Below are positions 1 to 9,579 of a stretch of DNA of 64,000 nucleotides, in pieces (the stretch's first letter is position 1; each line of letters opens with the position of its first letter). The position numbers and the translations under genes were made by a program. The DNA lies in assembly GCA_046758445.1 (NCBI GenBank), contig JBHIAE010000001.1:1-64000 (forward strand), given 5' to 3'. The notes under the pieces were generated by a model. The model saw only the letters and a program-made list of their open reading frames with translations. It searched no databases and was not told the origin of the DNA. The stretch is from Candidatus Thorarchaeota archaeon. Lineage in GTDB: Archaea; Asgardarchaeota; Thorarchaeia; Thorarchaeales; Thorarchaeaceae.

Positions 1-125
1 CGTTCAGGTGAGGCAACTCTAATCTTGTTGATAGCCTTTTCTGAACGAGGCCGCAAAACATCCACTCTCTAATCTCTGTAAATGACATCGTTCACTCTCC
101 GAGTTCGTGTCGTATTCTCTGAAAC

Positions 126-1229
126 TTAGGAGACTGGTCTCCAGCAAATCCCGAGCTCTTCAGCCTTCTCAAATGCCCTCTGCATCTCTTCTCTACTGAC
201 ACCTCGCGCTATGTCCGGAAACCGATCCTTCTCCCATAGGACCTTGTGCTCGGGTCGATACTGCCCCATGATGTTCACCATGCAATTGGGCATGTTCTCT
301 GAAATCCATTCTAAGACGGGAAACGTACAGCATTCCAGATGGCTAGGCATGACAAGGTGTCGAATGATGACCTCTCCGAAGTTGTAGGCGGTAAGATGAT
401 TCCTCGACACTATGTCGAAGTAGTCCTTCACGCCCGAGAGCCTTTGTGCACATTTGCTGTTACCATACTTGAAGTCAGGAAGCCAAACGTCAAAGATGTC
501 GGCCAGCAACTTCATGGTGTCCTCCGAACAGTAGAGATTTGAGTTCCAGAGTTGCGTGACATTCGAAAGTTGATGCTTCATTGACCCCAGTATCGTGTGA
601 GTGTTCGGAATCGGATCGCCACCTACGTAGTTGATGTTCAATGCCCCTTCCCGGAAGAGAGCCTCGGCCAGTTTCGCAAGGCCCTTCATGTCTATCACAC
701 GACCTGAGTTCGGATTGGTTGAGATGTCATTGTTCTGACAGAACACACATCCGAAGCAACAGGAGGCAAAGAAAATGGTACCACTCGGGACCAGGGGTGC
801 CTCCTCCCCTGTGTGAAGGAAGGCCGAGGACACTCGAGATTCGCTTCCAAGCTTGCACCATCCCTTCTCGTCCCGGGTTCGGTCTGCACCACACTTCCGT
901 TCACAGAAGTGGCATTCCTGCAAGACTCTGTTTGCGAGCTCCGCCTTAAGGTCCAGAAACGACACCTCGGGGACCTCGCTGGATGATAACCTATCTTGCC
1001 CCGAATCGACTTGTTTGACGTACTCACTGTGATACTTGGACAGGGTAGCATGTTCAGCCCAGAGATTCTCAATAGTCTCGTCGAGCGGAATGCCACAGCT
1101 CACTTCTTTCCCCAAAAGGTACTTTGCAGTACGTTCTTGGTCAATTATGCCTCTGTACCTCTTCAGCCGGCGAATAGTCTCTGGGTCCTTCCACACTCTT
1201 AGAGAGTCGGGTCTGAAGATCTTCCACAT
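126..1229 (-). CDS. Radical SAM protein, PflX-like (pyruvate formate-lyase activating enzyme-related)
   Basis: CCFGCVFCQN CxxxCxxC motif, extra CHFCERKC cluster, HTGEEAPLVPSGTIFF, GGDP, DFKYGN, IIRHLVMPSH are typical of the PflX family. Confidence 0.85.
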   Translation of the reverse strand: MWKIFRPDSLRVWKDPETIRRLKRYRGIIDQERTAKYLLGKEVSCGIPLDETIENLWAEHATLSKYHSEYVKQVDSGQDRLSSSEVPEVSFLDLKAELANRVLQECHFCERKCGADRTRDEKGWCKLGSESRVSSAFLHTGEEAPLVPSGTIFFASCCFGCVFCQNNDISTNPNSGRVIDMKGLAKLAEALFREGALNINYVGGDPIPNTHTILGSMKHQLSNVTQLWNSNLYCSEDTMKLLADIFDVWLPDFKYGNSKCAQRLSGVKDYFDIVSRNHLTAYNFGEVIIRHLVMPSHLECCTFPVLEWISENMPNCMVNIMGQYRPEHKVLWEKDRFPDIARGVSREEMQRAFEKAEELGICWRPVS

Positions 1230-1282
1230 CGTCTAGGTGCTATCACGAACTAAGGATAAAAGGGCTGCTAAGAGGCAACAGT

Positions 1283-2347
1283 CTAGATTAGTGCAGAGGA
1301 TCTTCTTTCCGACGCTTTCTGACGAACGTAGGACATGGAGGCCGCGAGTGCCTGCACTCTCTTCACATACCAGCTAGGAGTCAGGTTGCGAACAGATTCC
1401 TTCACCCTTGTGTCTACGAGAAGATCTGTCTGGAGTGGAGGTTCACTCATGAAGAAACAGTCCTTGGGCAGGAGTTCCTGAGTGAAGTACCAATCATCGA
1501 ACTGCAGCGCTCGTTCCTTGGTCCGCTCAGGATGATTGAAGTCGTCAAGACTACACCAGTTCAAAGCAAACACTGCATGGGCGTTCTGGAGAGATCCTTG
1601 AAGTTCTGCAGATTCCTCCATAGAGGAACCAGAACCATCAGCCCTTTGTTCTGCGCCGCGGATGACACGCTTGAGCGTGGAGAACCCTGGCGGCGAAATC
1701 AGTTTGACATCTGCTCCGAGTGATGTGCACATCATAAGCAGACTATGTGCCGTGCTCGGAAGTGTGAACACTGAGCCAAAACCCCAAGAGATCACAATCC
1801 TCTTGCTTCTCAGTTCACCAAGACGCTCCCAGAACGATGCCACCACCGCCAGGGCAGATTGTGGTGAGTACATCTCGTCTACAAGGTTGACAACTGGGAC
1901 AAGTGAAGCCTTAGGGAACTCTTCAACCATCGACCGTCCCGCTCCAAGGGTTTCACGATCTATGAAACCAGTCACGAGTAAGTCCACAGCGGGACTGAGC
2001 ATCGAAACCTCGGAAAGGATGTCATCGGCTGCCCTGGATGATACTATGTCCCATCCGAGTTCCACGTGATGATGTCCAAGCCGAGCACATGTCAAATCCA
2101 GAATCCTAGATTCCTGAGCGGCGACATTATGAAAGAGCGAGCCAACGACTGTTGCATGGAGCGCTTCTTCGTTCACAGCATGTGAGCTGAAATCACTATG
2201 CCTCAATGTGTCCTGTATTAGACGTTCCAGTTCGTCACTTCCAAGATCAAGCATGTAGCACAACCATCGATATCCGAGTTCATCGTGATAAAGACTTCGC
2301 GTTTTCTCCAAGTAGTATTCCAAGCTACTCGAAGTCACAATAAACAA
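1283..2347 (-). CDS. YgeW-type (ornithine/knotted) carbamoyltransferase homolog with degenerate catalytic motifs
   Basis: ISWGFGSVFTLPSTAHSLLMMCTSLGADVKLISPPGF resembles the YgeW SWAYSPSY...PQG...FGMDVTLAHPEGY region, but STRT, HPxQ and HCLP are replaced; the true start may be ~2311. Confidence 0.65.
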   Translation of the reverse strand: MFIVTSSSLEYYLEKTRSLYHDELGYRWLCYMLDLGSDELERLIQDTLRHSDFSSHAVNEEALHATVVGSLFHNVAAQESRILDLTCARLGHHHVELGWDIVSSRAADDILSEVSMLSPAVDLLVTGFIDRETLGAGRSMVEEFPKASLVPVVNLVDEMYSPQSALAVVASFWERLGELRSKRIVISWGFGSVFTLPSTAHSLLMMCTSLGADVKLISPPGFSTLKRVIRGAEQRADGSGSSMEESAELQGSLQNAHAVFALNWCSLDDFNHPERTKERALQFDDWYFTQELLPKDCFFMSEPPLQTDLLVDTRVKESVRNLTPSWYVKRVQALAASMSYVRQKASERRSSALI

Positions 2348-2383
2348 CCCTTAAGTCGCCACTGTTGACCTCATCATCAAGTC

Positions 2384-3700
2384 ATGGAGGCAGTCAGGTT
2401 GGGAAGCTATGCAGAACTCCTGAAGAAGATTCAGCGAAAAGAGGCCGTTGTTTCTGTGGTCGGACTTGGCTATATTGGTCTACCCACCGCTCTCTTTTAC
2501 AAGAAGGAGGGCTTCTCAATCATGGGGATTGATACGAACGAGGAGTTGGTCTCGGAATTGAGAGAAGGCAAGATTCGAGTCAGAGAGGAGGGGCTTGAGG
2601 AGTGGGCCAAAGAATATCTCTCTGAGATCACGGTGGACTCTTCGTACGACAACTTGAGCCAGATTGACGTCTTCATTCTCTGTCTTCCCAGCCCGATTGA
2701 TGAGTCTGGCAAGCCTGTGACTCAATTCTTGGAAAACTCGCTATCTGATATCGCAACCAGAGTTACAAAGGAGTGTCTTATGCTCGTGGAGAGCACAGTT
2801 CCTGTTGGGACAACTGACCGACTGGCAGAGTACTTCGAAGAGAAGAGCGGCAAGAAGCTGGATGAGGACTTCTGGTTTGCTCATTGCCCGGAGAGAGTTC
2901 TTCTAGGAAGCATTGTGCAGGAGATGAACACCAATCATCGCCTAGTAGGCGGAGTTACAGAGAAATCGACATCGCTGGCTGTTTCATTCCTAAGCACAGT
3001 CTTCTCCTCAGAACTAATCCATCCCACGAGTGCCATGGTTTCAGAAACCGCAAAGTTGGCAGAGAATGCATTTAGAGACGTCGGTATTGCCTATGCCAAT
3101 GAGCTTGCACAAATCTGCACGGAACTCTCCATAGATGTAACGGAGGTCATAGCCTTGGCCAACCTACATCCGCGTGTCAATATTCTGAACCCAGGCCTCG
3201 GAGTCGGTGGCTATTGTCTTCCCAAAGACGGGTGGATTCTCGTGGAGTCCGCACCCGTGCAAGACAATGATGGCGTTCTAATTCAAGCTGCGCGGGAAAT
3301 CAATGATAGTATGCCTGCCCACGTGTCAAGGAGGATCAGGGATGTGGTGTTGGACCTGGCTCTGAAACCAACTGTGGGTCTACTGGGAGTGAGCTTCAAA
3401 CCAAATGTTTCGGACACAAGAAACAGCCCTTCGCTTGAACTGATGAAGCTCCTTGGAGCAACAGGAATGGAGGTCATAGTCTACGACCCACTCGTACATC
3501 AAGAGTTCGGGGATAGAACTGCAGGTAGTCTGAGTGAGATACTGAACTCCTGTGACGTTGTCGTCCTGGGTGCAGCACACGATGTACTCGTCGAGGAACT
3601 AGGTCAAGGAGACCTCCGTAGGACAGTTCTTGTGGACCCAGCTGGTAAGGTGCCCTATCTCAGTGAGAAAGTGAGAAGATACGTGGGTCTCAGTCTATAG
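2384..3700 (+). CDS. Nucleotide-sugar dehydrogenase (UDP-ManNAc/UDP-GlcNAc dehydrogenase, WecC-like)
   Basis: VVGLGYIGLP Rossmann motif, ESTVPVGTT, HCPER, KLAENAFRD, GVGGYCLPKD catalytic Cys, FKPNVSDTRNSP. Confidence 0.9.
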   Translation: MEAVRLGSYAELLKKIQRKEAVVSVVGLGYIGLPTALFYKKEGFSIMGIDTNEELVSELREGKIRVREEGLEEWAKEYLSEITVDSSYDNLSQIDVFILCLPSPIDESGKPVTQFLENSLSDIATRVTKECLMLVESTVPVGTTDRLAEYFEEKSGKKLDEDFWFAHCPERVLLGSIVQEMNTNHRLVGGVTEKSTSLAVSFLSTVFSSELIHPTSAMVSETAKLAENAFRDVGIAYANELAQICTELSIDVTEVIALANLHPRVNILNPGLGVGGYCLPKDGWILVESAPVQDNDGVLIQAAREINDSMPAHVSRRIRDVVLDLALKPTVGLLGVSFKPNVSDTRNSPSLELMKLLGATGMEVIVYDPLVHQEFGDRTAGSLSEILNSCDVVVLGAAHDVLVEELGQGDLRRTVLVDPAGKVPYLSEKVRRYVGLSL

Positions 3701-3834
3701 GTGTGGAACGACTGAGAACTACGACCGTCCTGCAGTATTGGCAGTCTTCGGGCCATCTCTTTGCATTCTTTCTGTTGATTGATATCGTCCTCACACTTAA
3801 TTCGGGATGTAGCACTACCGTTCTTGGTGATCGG

Positions 3835-4275
3835 ATGGGAATTCTGGGGACTCAGGCAGACGTAATCTTCGATGTGAATCTCATCATTCAGACTCTGTTG
3901 ATTGCTGTTCTTTTGGTGGGCTACTATTCAATGAAACCACGACGGCTTCTCAAACGCCATGGTGTAATCATGGCCACGGGCACCATAATCAATCTGGCAG
4001 CTGTTCTGTCAATTATGCTCCCATCCCTGATTCTGAACTGGAATGCGGTGGCCTCAGATCCTACCCATCCCGGAGTCTTGATCACGATTGTCCACGTCGC
4101 TTTTGGTACGATAGCGATACTTGTGGCGTCTAGGTTCAGTCTGCGGTTCTTACGCAGTATGCAAAGAAACACACCTCTCATGTGCGGCACGCGCCGATCC
4201 ATGTACACGACCTTGGCATCTTGGTTGATCAGCATGGGGCTAGGTTACGGTTTCTATATCTTCTACTACCTGTAG
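3835..4275 (+). CDS. Four-TM membrane protein, DUF420-like
   Basis: Four hydrophobic segments with His residues (KRHG, IVHV); start moved to ATG 3835 behind a GGTGA RBS. Confidence 0.6.
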   Translation: MGILGTQADVIFDVNLIIQTLLIAVLLVGYYSMKPRRLLKRHGVIMATGTIINLAAVLSIMLPSLILNWNAVASDPTHPGVLITIVHVAFGTIAILVASRFSLRFLRSMQRNTPLMCGTRRSMYTTLASWLISMGLGYGFYIFYYL

Positions 4276-4413
4276 AATCTCTGCACTGGTGAGAGTACCG
4301 TTCAGCTGAGAGTCAGATATTTCGGCGTACGACATACACTTCTAGTTGTAGTGTACCCGCTCCAAGACCCAAATGCTAAATGTGACCAATTCACCGACTC
4401 GAAGTGAGTCAAG

Positions 4414-5181
4414 ATGAAGAAACTACTCGTCACCCTCACCGTGGCTGAGAGCAAGCGACTGATTGCCAAGGGATTGCTTGCTACGGAGGCGGTAAAGAAA
4501 GCACTCAAGGAAGGGTATCTTTGCATAACAATGGGCACAACCTCGGCGTATCTCGCAGAGGAGTTGCTTGGTGAGTATGACAAGACTCGGCATATTGCAG
4601 GCATTATTGTTCCAAAAGGGCTGGCGGTGACAGACCGCAGCAAACGCTACACCGATGCCATATTTCACAAGGGTGAATATATGGAGGGAAAGAAGGTAGT
4701 GGACATCCTTGACGAACTCGGTCCGGGTGATGTCATTATCAAGAGTGCAAATGCGCTAGGAGCAGACTACGTTCCCATCGTTCTGCTAGCGAGCAGAACT
4801 GGAGGTACCGTGGGCACTTTCATGGGATCGGCCGCTGCGAAGAACATCACTGTGCTTATGCCAGTTGGGTTGGAGAAGTGTATCCCAACAAGCTTTGACG
4901 ATTTCTGCTCGGAGTTTGGAATGGATGATTGGGACTATGCAATAGGGACTCCAGTGGGAGCAGTTTCTGTCCCTGGAGCAATCACATTCACCGAGATAGA
5001 GGCCCTGGATGCACTGTTCTCTGTTTCTGTGATGCCAATCTCAGCAGGAGGAGTAAACGGTGCCGAAGGAGCCATAACACTGTACATTACAGGCGAGGAC
5101 AAGAACATCAGTGAAGCTTACAAATTCCTCAAGGGAATCAAGGGTGAGCCGTCTTTCCCACATGTCGAGCACATTGTATAG
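4414..5181 (+). CDS. Conserved hypothetical protein
   Basis: Long ORF with conserved-looking motifs LTVAESKRLIAKG, GTTSAY, KSANA, PVGLEK, AGGVNGAEG; function not assignable. Confidence 0.7.
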   Translation: MKKLLVTLTVAESKRLIAKGLLATEAVKKALKEGYLCITMGTTSAYLAEELLGEYDKTRHIAGIIVPKGLAVTDRSKRYTDAIFHKGEYMEGKKVVDILDELGPGDVIIKSANALGADYVPIVLLASRTGGTVGTFMGSAAAKNITVLMPVGLEKCIPTSFDDFCSEFGMDDWDYAIGTPVGAVSVPGAITFTEIEALDALFSVSVMPISAGGVNGAEGAITLYITGEDKNISEAYKFLKGIKGEPSFPHVEHIV

Positions 5182-5217
5182 GCAGGAGCTCATGGACAGA
5201 AACAAGGAGCAAACAAC

Positions 5218-5982
5218 ATGCCCGAGAACGTGATTCAGACCAAGGAACTAACTAAGGTTTTCGAGAAGGGAAAGAAACGAGAGGTAGTTGCGCTCAACAG
5301 GGTGAGTCTAGAGATAAAGCGGGGAGAAGTGTTTGGCCTCCTAGGACCCAACGGTGCTGGCAAGACAACGCTCATCCGGGTGCTTGTCGGACTACTGACT
5401 CCGACTGAAGGAGATGCTTGGGTACTTGGACGTGATGTTCAACAGGACATCGACTACATTCGAGAGAGAGTATCCTTGCTGCCGCAGGAGGCAGGAATCT
5501 ATGAGCGACTTACAGCTCGAGAGAATCTGGTCTATTATGGTGGTCTGTATGGCATTCCTGAGGAGGAGCTACAAAGACGTGCTGACAGATTGCTCGACAT
5601 CGTTGACCTCAGAGATAGAGAGGACTATCAGGTAAGAGGGTTCAGTGGAGGCATGAAACGAAAGGTCTTGGTAGCTCGCGCTCTAATCATTGAGCCAGAG
5701 ATTGTCTTCATGGATGAACCCACAACGGGAGTCGACACAATCGGTGCACGAGTAGTCCGGAATCTTCTGAAGAAGTTGAGCTCCGAACAGAACCGAACGA
5801 TTATCCTAACAACACATGACCTCAACGAGGTTCAAGAGCTGTGCGACCGTGTGGGCATTCTCAATGAAGGAGATCTAGTCGCAATAGGGGCACCTGGTGA
5901 TTTAGAGGAACAGTTCAAGGCTGCAGATCTAGAAGAGGTCTTCATGGGGCTCGTCACTGGCGAGGGAGTATACAAGCGTTAG
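5218..5982 (+). CDS. ABC transporter ATP-binding protein (ABC-2 exporter type)
   Basis: Walker A GPNGAGKTT, FSGGM signature, Walker B FMDEPT, H-loop TTHD. Confidence 0.95.
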   Translation: MPENVIQTKELTKVFEKGKKREVVALNRVSLEIKRGEVFGLLGPNGAGKTTLIRVLVGLLTPTEGDAWVLGRDVQQDIDYIRERVSLLPQEAGIYERLTARENLVYYGGLYGIPEEELQRRADRLLDIVDLRDREDYQVRGFSGGMKRKVLVARALIIEPEIVFMDEPTTGVDTIGARVVRNLLKKLSSEQNRTIILTTHDLNEVQELCDRVGILNEGDLVAIGAPGDLEEQFKAADLEEVFMGLVTGEGVYKR

Positions 5983-6099
5983 TCGCTGCGGCCTGCTTTT
6001 GCAGACTTACGCCAGCATGAGCATTGAGTCTTCTGTGTATCTTTTGCGAGGTATCATCACACTTAGATAGGATGACGAGAGTGGATTGGAGCTATATCT

Positions 6100-6957
6100 A
6101 TGAAGTGTAAACAGCCCCACGTTGGATACTTTCTCAGTAGCACACCGAGGCCTCACTTCGGAAAGACCTCCCCTGTTCAGAAAGGGCTCATTCCCAGTTT
6201 GCATGATGGAGAGGCGGACCTATGTGAGGAAGGAGTAGGTATTGGCGTTCCAGTGCTTCAATATAGGCGAGACTTCTTCTTCCCTGGGTCAGCTGACGTG
6301 TCCGTCGACGGGAGAATTGAGAGGGCTGGATGGAAGCGGTTCAACCTAGACCTTGTGGAGCGGTACCAGTCCGAGGGTACGAATAGCATGAAGAACCACA
6401 CCTGGATAGTTCAGAGGATCTACAATAGACTCTACAAATCATCGCTGACAAGGAAGATCATCAAGAATATGCAGGCCTCATTCCCAAGGCTTCACTACTT
6501 GGATAGATTCTATCGATCTTCATTCTTCAAGGTAAGGAGCCAGGGACATGTGAAGACTCGCTACGAGATTTCCGAGTCTGGAAAGATCAATGTTTCATTG
6601 GATCTGTCAGAGTTGAACAGGTCTGGACTCCAGCAAATCTACATCTCCAACGAGCTGGGAGGTCGAGTCTTTGATCGCTACATGGATAGCACAGGAGCGG
6701 CTCTGGCTGGAAGTGAGATAGGTGAGTGGGTTGAGGTGTCTGCGAGCTGGGTTTCTTTCCAGTCGGAAAAGTCCGGATTGGACTTTCGCGTTGAGATTCC
6801 TGAAGAAGTGGTGGCATTTCGTGGTAGGGAGATTATCCATCCAGACATATACTGGAGTGGAGTCGTCTTCATGCTGCCTCGTGAAACCACGGAATTGAGC
6901 TACAGAATAGGACTTGGCCCTATGCATGATATCGGGGAGGGAAATCGTGTCGACTGA
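6100..6957 (+). CDS. Conserved hypothetical protein overlapping the B12-radical SAM gene
   Basis: 285-aa ORF whose stop overlaps the next start; motifs QKGL, EEGVGIGVPV, NELGG. Confidence 0.65.
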   Translation: MKCKQPHVGYFLSSTPRPHFGKTSPVQKGLIPSLHDGEADLCEEGVGIGVPVLQYRRDFFFPGSADVSVDGRIERAGWKRFNLDLVERYQSEGTNSMKNHTWIVQRIYNRLYKSSLTRKIIKNMQASFPRLHYLDRFYRSSFFKVRSQGHVKTRYEISESGKINVSLDLSELNRSGLQQIYISNELGGRVFDRYMDSTGAALAGSEIGEWVEVSASWVSFQSEKSGLDFRVEIPEEVVAFRGREIIHPDIYWSGVVFMLPRETTELSYRIGLGPMHDIGEGNRVD

Positions 6958-8302
6958 TGTGTTACTTGTCTATCCGTACTTCAACGAAGAACTCGACCAG
7001 TCAATCTTTCGATATCCACCACTAGGGCTCGGTTATCTTGCATCGATGTTGAAAAGTGAGGGTGTGAAAGTGAAGCTGCTCGACTGCACGTTCTCCACTG
7101 AGTCAGCGGCTGTGGAAGCTGCCAGAAGAATCAAGCCCAGAATCCTCGGTATCTACTCGATGGTGACAATCAACCATCATGCCATATCAATTGCCAAGAA
7201 ACTACAGGACAGTGTTGAACTCCTTGTTGCCGGTGGACCTCTGCCGACTCTGGTTCCAGATGAGTTCCTAGATATCTTCGATGTTGTGGTCAAGAATGAA
7301 GGAGAGCAAACATTCTTGGAGCTGGTCAATCGGCACTTCGAGGGGCACTCGTGGAAGAACATCGAGGGCATAGCATACAGGAATGAGAACGGCCAATGCC
7401 ATGCTACCAGGAGTCGTTCATTTCAGCCAAACCTCGATAGCATTCCATTCCCGGCTAGAGAGATGTTTCCCAACGAGGCTTACAAGAAGTACTGGCGCAG
7501 ATATCACGGGTACACGGCGACGAGTCAGATAACTACTAGGGGTTGTCCTTACCTATGCGACTTCTGCAGCAACCCAGTATTTGGCATAAGCTACCGAGAG
7601 CGTTCTGCTAGAAATGTTGTTGATGAAATGCAGACCGTTGCTGCATTGGGCTACGACAGGGTATTCTTCACTGACGACTGCTTTACCCAGAACCCAAAGA
7701 GAGTGGATCAGATTTGTGACCTGCTCATTGAAGAGCGACTGGACATGGACTGGATGTGTCTGAGCCGCGCTGATAGATTGGGAAAGACACTCGCACAGAA
7801 GATGGCAAAAGCTGGGTGCGTACAGATCTTCTTTGGAATCGAATCGGGCAACGAACGCATGCTCGGGATCATGAACAAGCGCATCATCCTTGAAGATGTG
7901 AGAGAAGCTGTGACTTCTGCAAACTATGCAGGCATATCCACAGGTGGCTTCCTGATACTCGGATACCCCGGTGAGTCAGACACTTCACTTCTTGACTCAT
8001 TGAGGTTCTCTTCGAGTCTTCCCCTGGACTATCTTTCCTACTCCTTTCCCTACCCGATTGTCGGCACGGGCCTCTACACCAAGGTAAGAGAACGTATCAA
8101 CAAACCAGAGTGGAGGAAACAGAGGGGAAAGGCAAGTCGACACCAACTTCTCTTCGCAGGCGACTTCTCCGAAACAAAGCTACGGTTTGCCAAACACAAG
8201 GGATTGATCCAGCACTTCCTACGGCGCAGAGGCCCGACGGGTGCTGCTGCTGCGAGTGTCTTCGAGAGAATCACAGACAGGATAATCCCATTCTTGAGAT
8301 GA
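6947..8302 (+). CDS. Cobalamin-binding radical SAM protein
   Basis: PPLGLGYLAS and GGPLPT B12 domain, TRGCPYLCDFC motif, FGIESG, ILGYPGE; GTG start after GGAGG. Confidence 0.9.
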   Translation: MSTDVLLVYPYFNEELDQSIFRYPPLGLGYLASMLKSEGVKVKLLDCTFSTESAAVEAARRIKPRILGIYSMVTINHHAISIAKKLQDSVELLVAGGPLPTLVPDEFLDIFDVVVKNEGEQTFLELVNRHFEGHSWKNIEGIAYRNENGQCHATRSRSFQPNLDSIPFPAREMFPNEAYKKYWRRYHGYTATSQITTRGCPYLCDFCSNPVFGISYRERSARNVVDEMQTVAALGYDRVFFTDDCFTQNPKRVDQICDLLIEERLDMDWMCLSRADRLGKTLAQKMAKAGCVQIFFGIESGNERMLGIMNKRIILEDVREAVTSANYAGISTGGFLILGYPGESDTSLLDSLRFSSSLPLDYLSYSFPYPIVGTGLYTKVRERINKPEWRKQRGKASRHQLLFAGDFSETKLRFAKHKGLIQHFLRRRGPTGAAAASVFERITDRIIPFLR

Positions 8303-8348
8303 CTAGCATCAACTGAAAACTACATAACTCCTTATTGCATCGCAGGGA

Positions 8349-9563
8349 GTGGTGAATAGTCTGGCCAACCTGAAACCCAAAACAAAGATGATTTGGCTCA
8401 TCAAGAAAGAGCTGAAATCATTGTTCCGCTCACGCTGGCTCGTCTTCGGACTAGTGGTCAGTCCACTCTTTGCGTGGTTGTTCGAGGGTGCTTTCCTTTC
8501 GTTTGTTGTGGCCCAGACTACTTCTGAACCTGAAACTGTGTTCATTACGCTTGAGGACGAGGGTGTCTGGGGAAGCACGCTGTACAGTGCCATTGAGAGT
8601 AATGTTGACACACTCTTGATTGAGCAACTACTGAACATCACGAGAGAAAATGGCGACAATATGGTAGCGAACAGGACATTGTCTGTATGGGTTCTGATTC
8701 CGGACAACTTCACACAACAACTGGATACAGCCAACAGGAGCACGTTGGTGATTTGGGTAAACACTGGTAACTTTAGGGCCACTGCAGCTGCCCAGAGGAT
8801 TGACGTCTTTGCAAAGGAGATCATCAACAAGATAGTGGTCATCAGGGACCTTCAGGTAGATTGGTTCACGATTACACCCGAGGCCACCTATGGTCATTCT
8901 CTTGCCATCTTTCTTGTAATGATCGTATCTGTCATGGCGCCATCACCCTACATTGGCCAATCATTTGCAGGGGAGAGAGAGAAACACACGCTGGAGGCAC
9001 TTCTTGTTGTCCCAATGAGTAGAGTTAGCATCCTCATTGCCAAGCTAATTGCCGGGCTAGCACTCACAATGTTCTACTCAGTTTTCACCGTGGTTGGTAT
9101 CCTTCTCTACAATTCGTCAATCGTGTTTCGGGCCGCGGCCCTGCCTCCGGAGGCTATGGATTTCTACATCAATCTCTATACCGTGAATCCTACTGCGATT
9201 CCCCTCATCTTCTTCTGTCAGATACTCATTCTTCTATGCGCCATTAGCATTGGAATTGTAGTTTCAAGTCTGGCGAAGGACCAGGCTACCGCGGAATCAA
9301 TCAACAACCTGATTCTTCTGATTCCTACCATGGTCATAGGAATCCTCGGCTTCACAGGAAGTATCCTGCAATATGGAGGGCCGTTCGGCCTATTTGTCCT
9401 TGCAATACCGTTCAGCCATGCAATCCTCTTCCTGAACGGCGTTCTATCAGGGGTTGCTACTCCCTTGAGTCTACTTGGAAATGTGGCCTACATGGTAGGA
9501 TTTGCGGTAGTGTTCCTTATCATCGGTGCAAAGCTGTTTGATAGGGAGGCAATCATAGCATAG
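8349..9563 (+). CDS. ABC-2 family transporter permease
   Basis: KELKSLFRS N-terminus, FAGEREKHTLEALLVVPMSR motif, six or more TM helices. Confidence 0.9.
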   Translation: MVNSLANLKPKTKMIWLIKKELKSLFRSRWLVFGLVVSPLFAWLFEGAFLSFVVAQTTSEPETVFITLEDEGVWGSTLYSAIESNVDTLLIEQLLNITRENGDNMVANRTLSVWVLIPDNFTQQLDTANRSTLVIWVNTGNFRATAAAQRIDVFAKEIINKIVVIRDLQVDWFTITPEATYGHSLAIFLVMIVSVMAPSPYIGQSFAGEREKHTLEALLVVPMSRVSILIAKLIAGLALTMFYSVFTVVGILLYNSSIVFRAAALPPEAMDFYINLYTVNPTAIPLIFFCQILILLCAISIGIVVSSLAKDQATAESINNLILLIPTMVIGILGFTGSILQYGGPFGLFVLAIPFSHAILFLNGVLSGVATPLSLLGNVAYMVGFAVVFLIIGAKLFDREAIIA

Positions 9564-9579
9564 CATGAAACTCAGAATT

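Noticed and set aside
1-88. Possible 5' end of a minus-strand gene running off the window
   Set aside because: Two short open frames are possible and neither can be identified.
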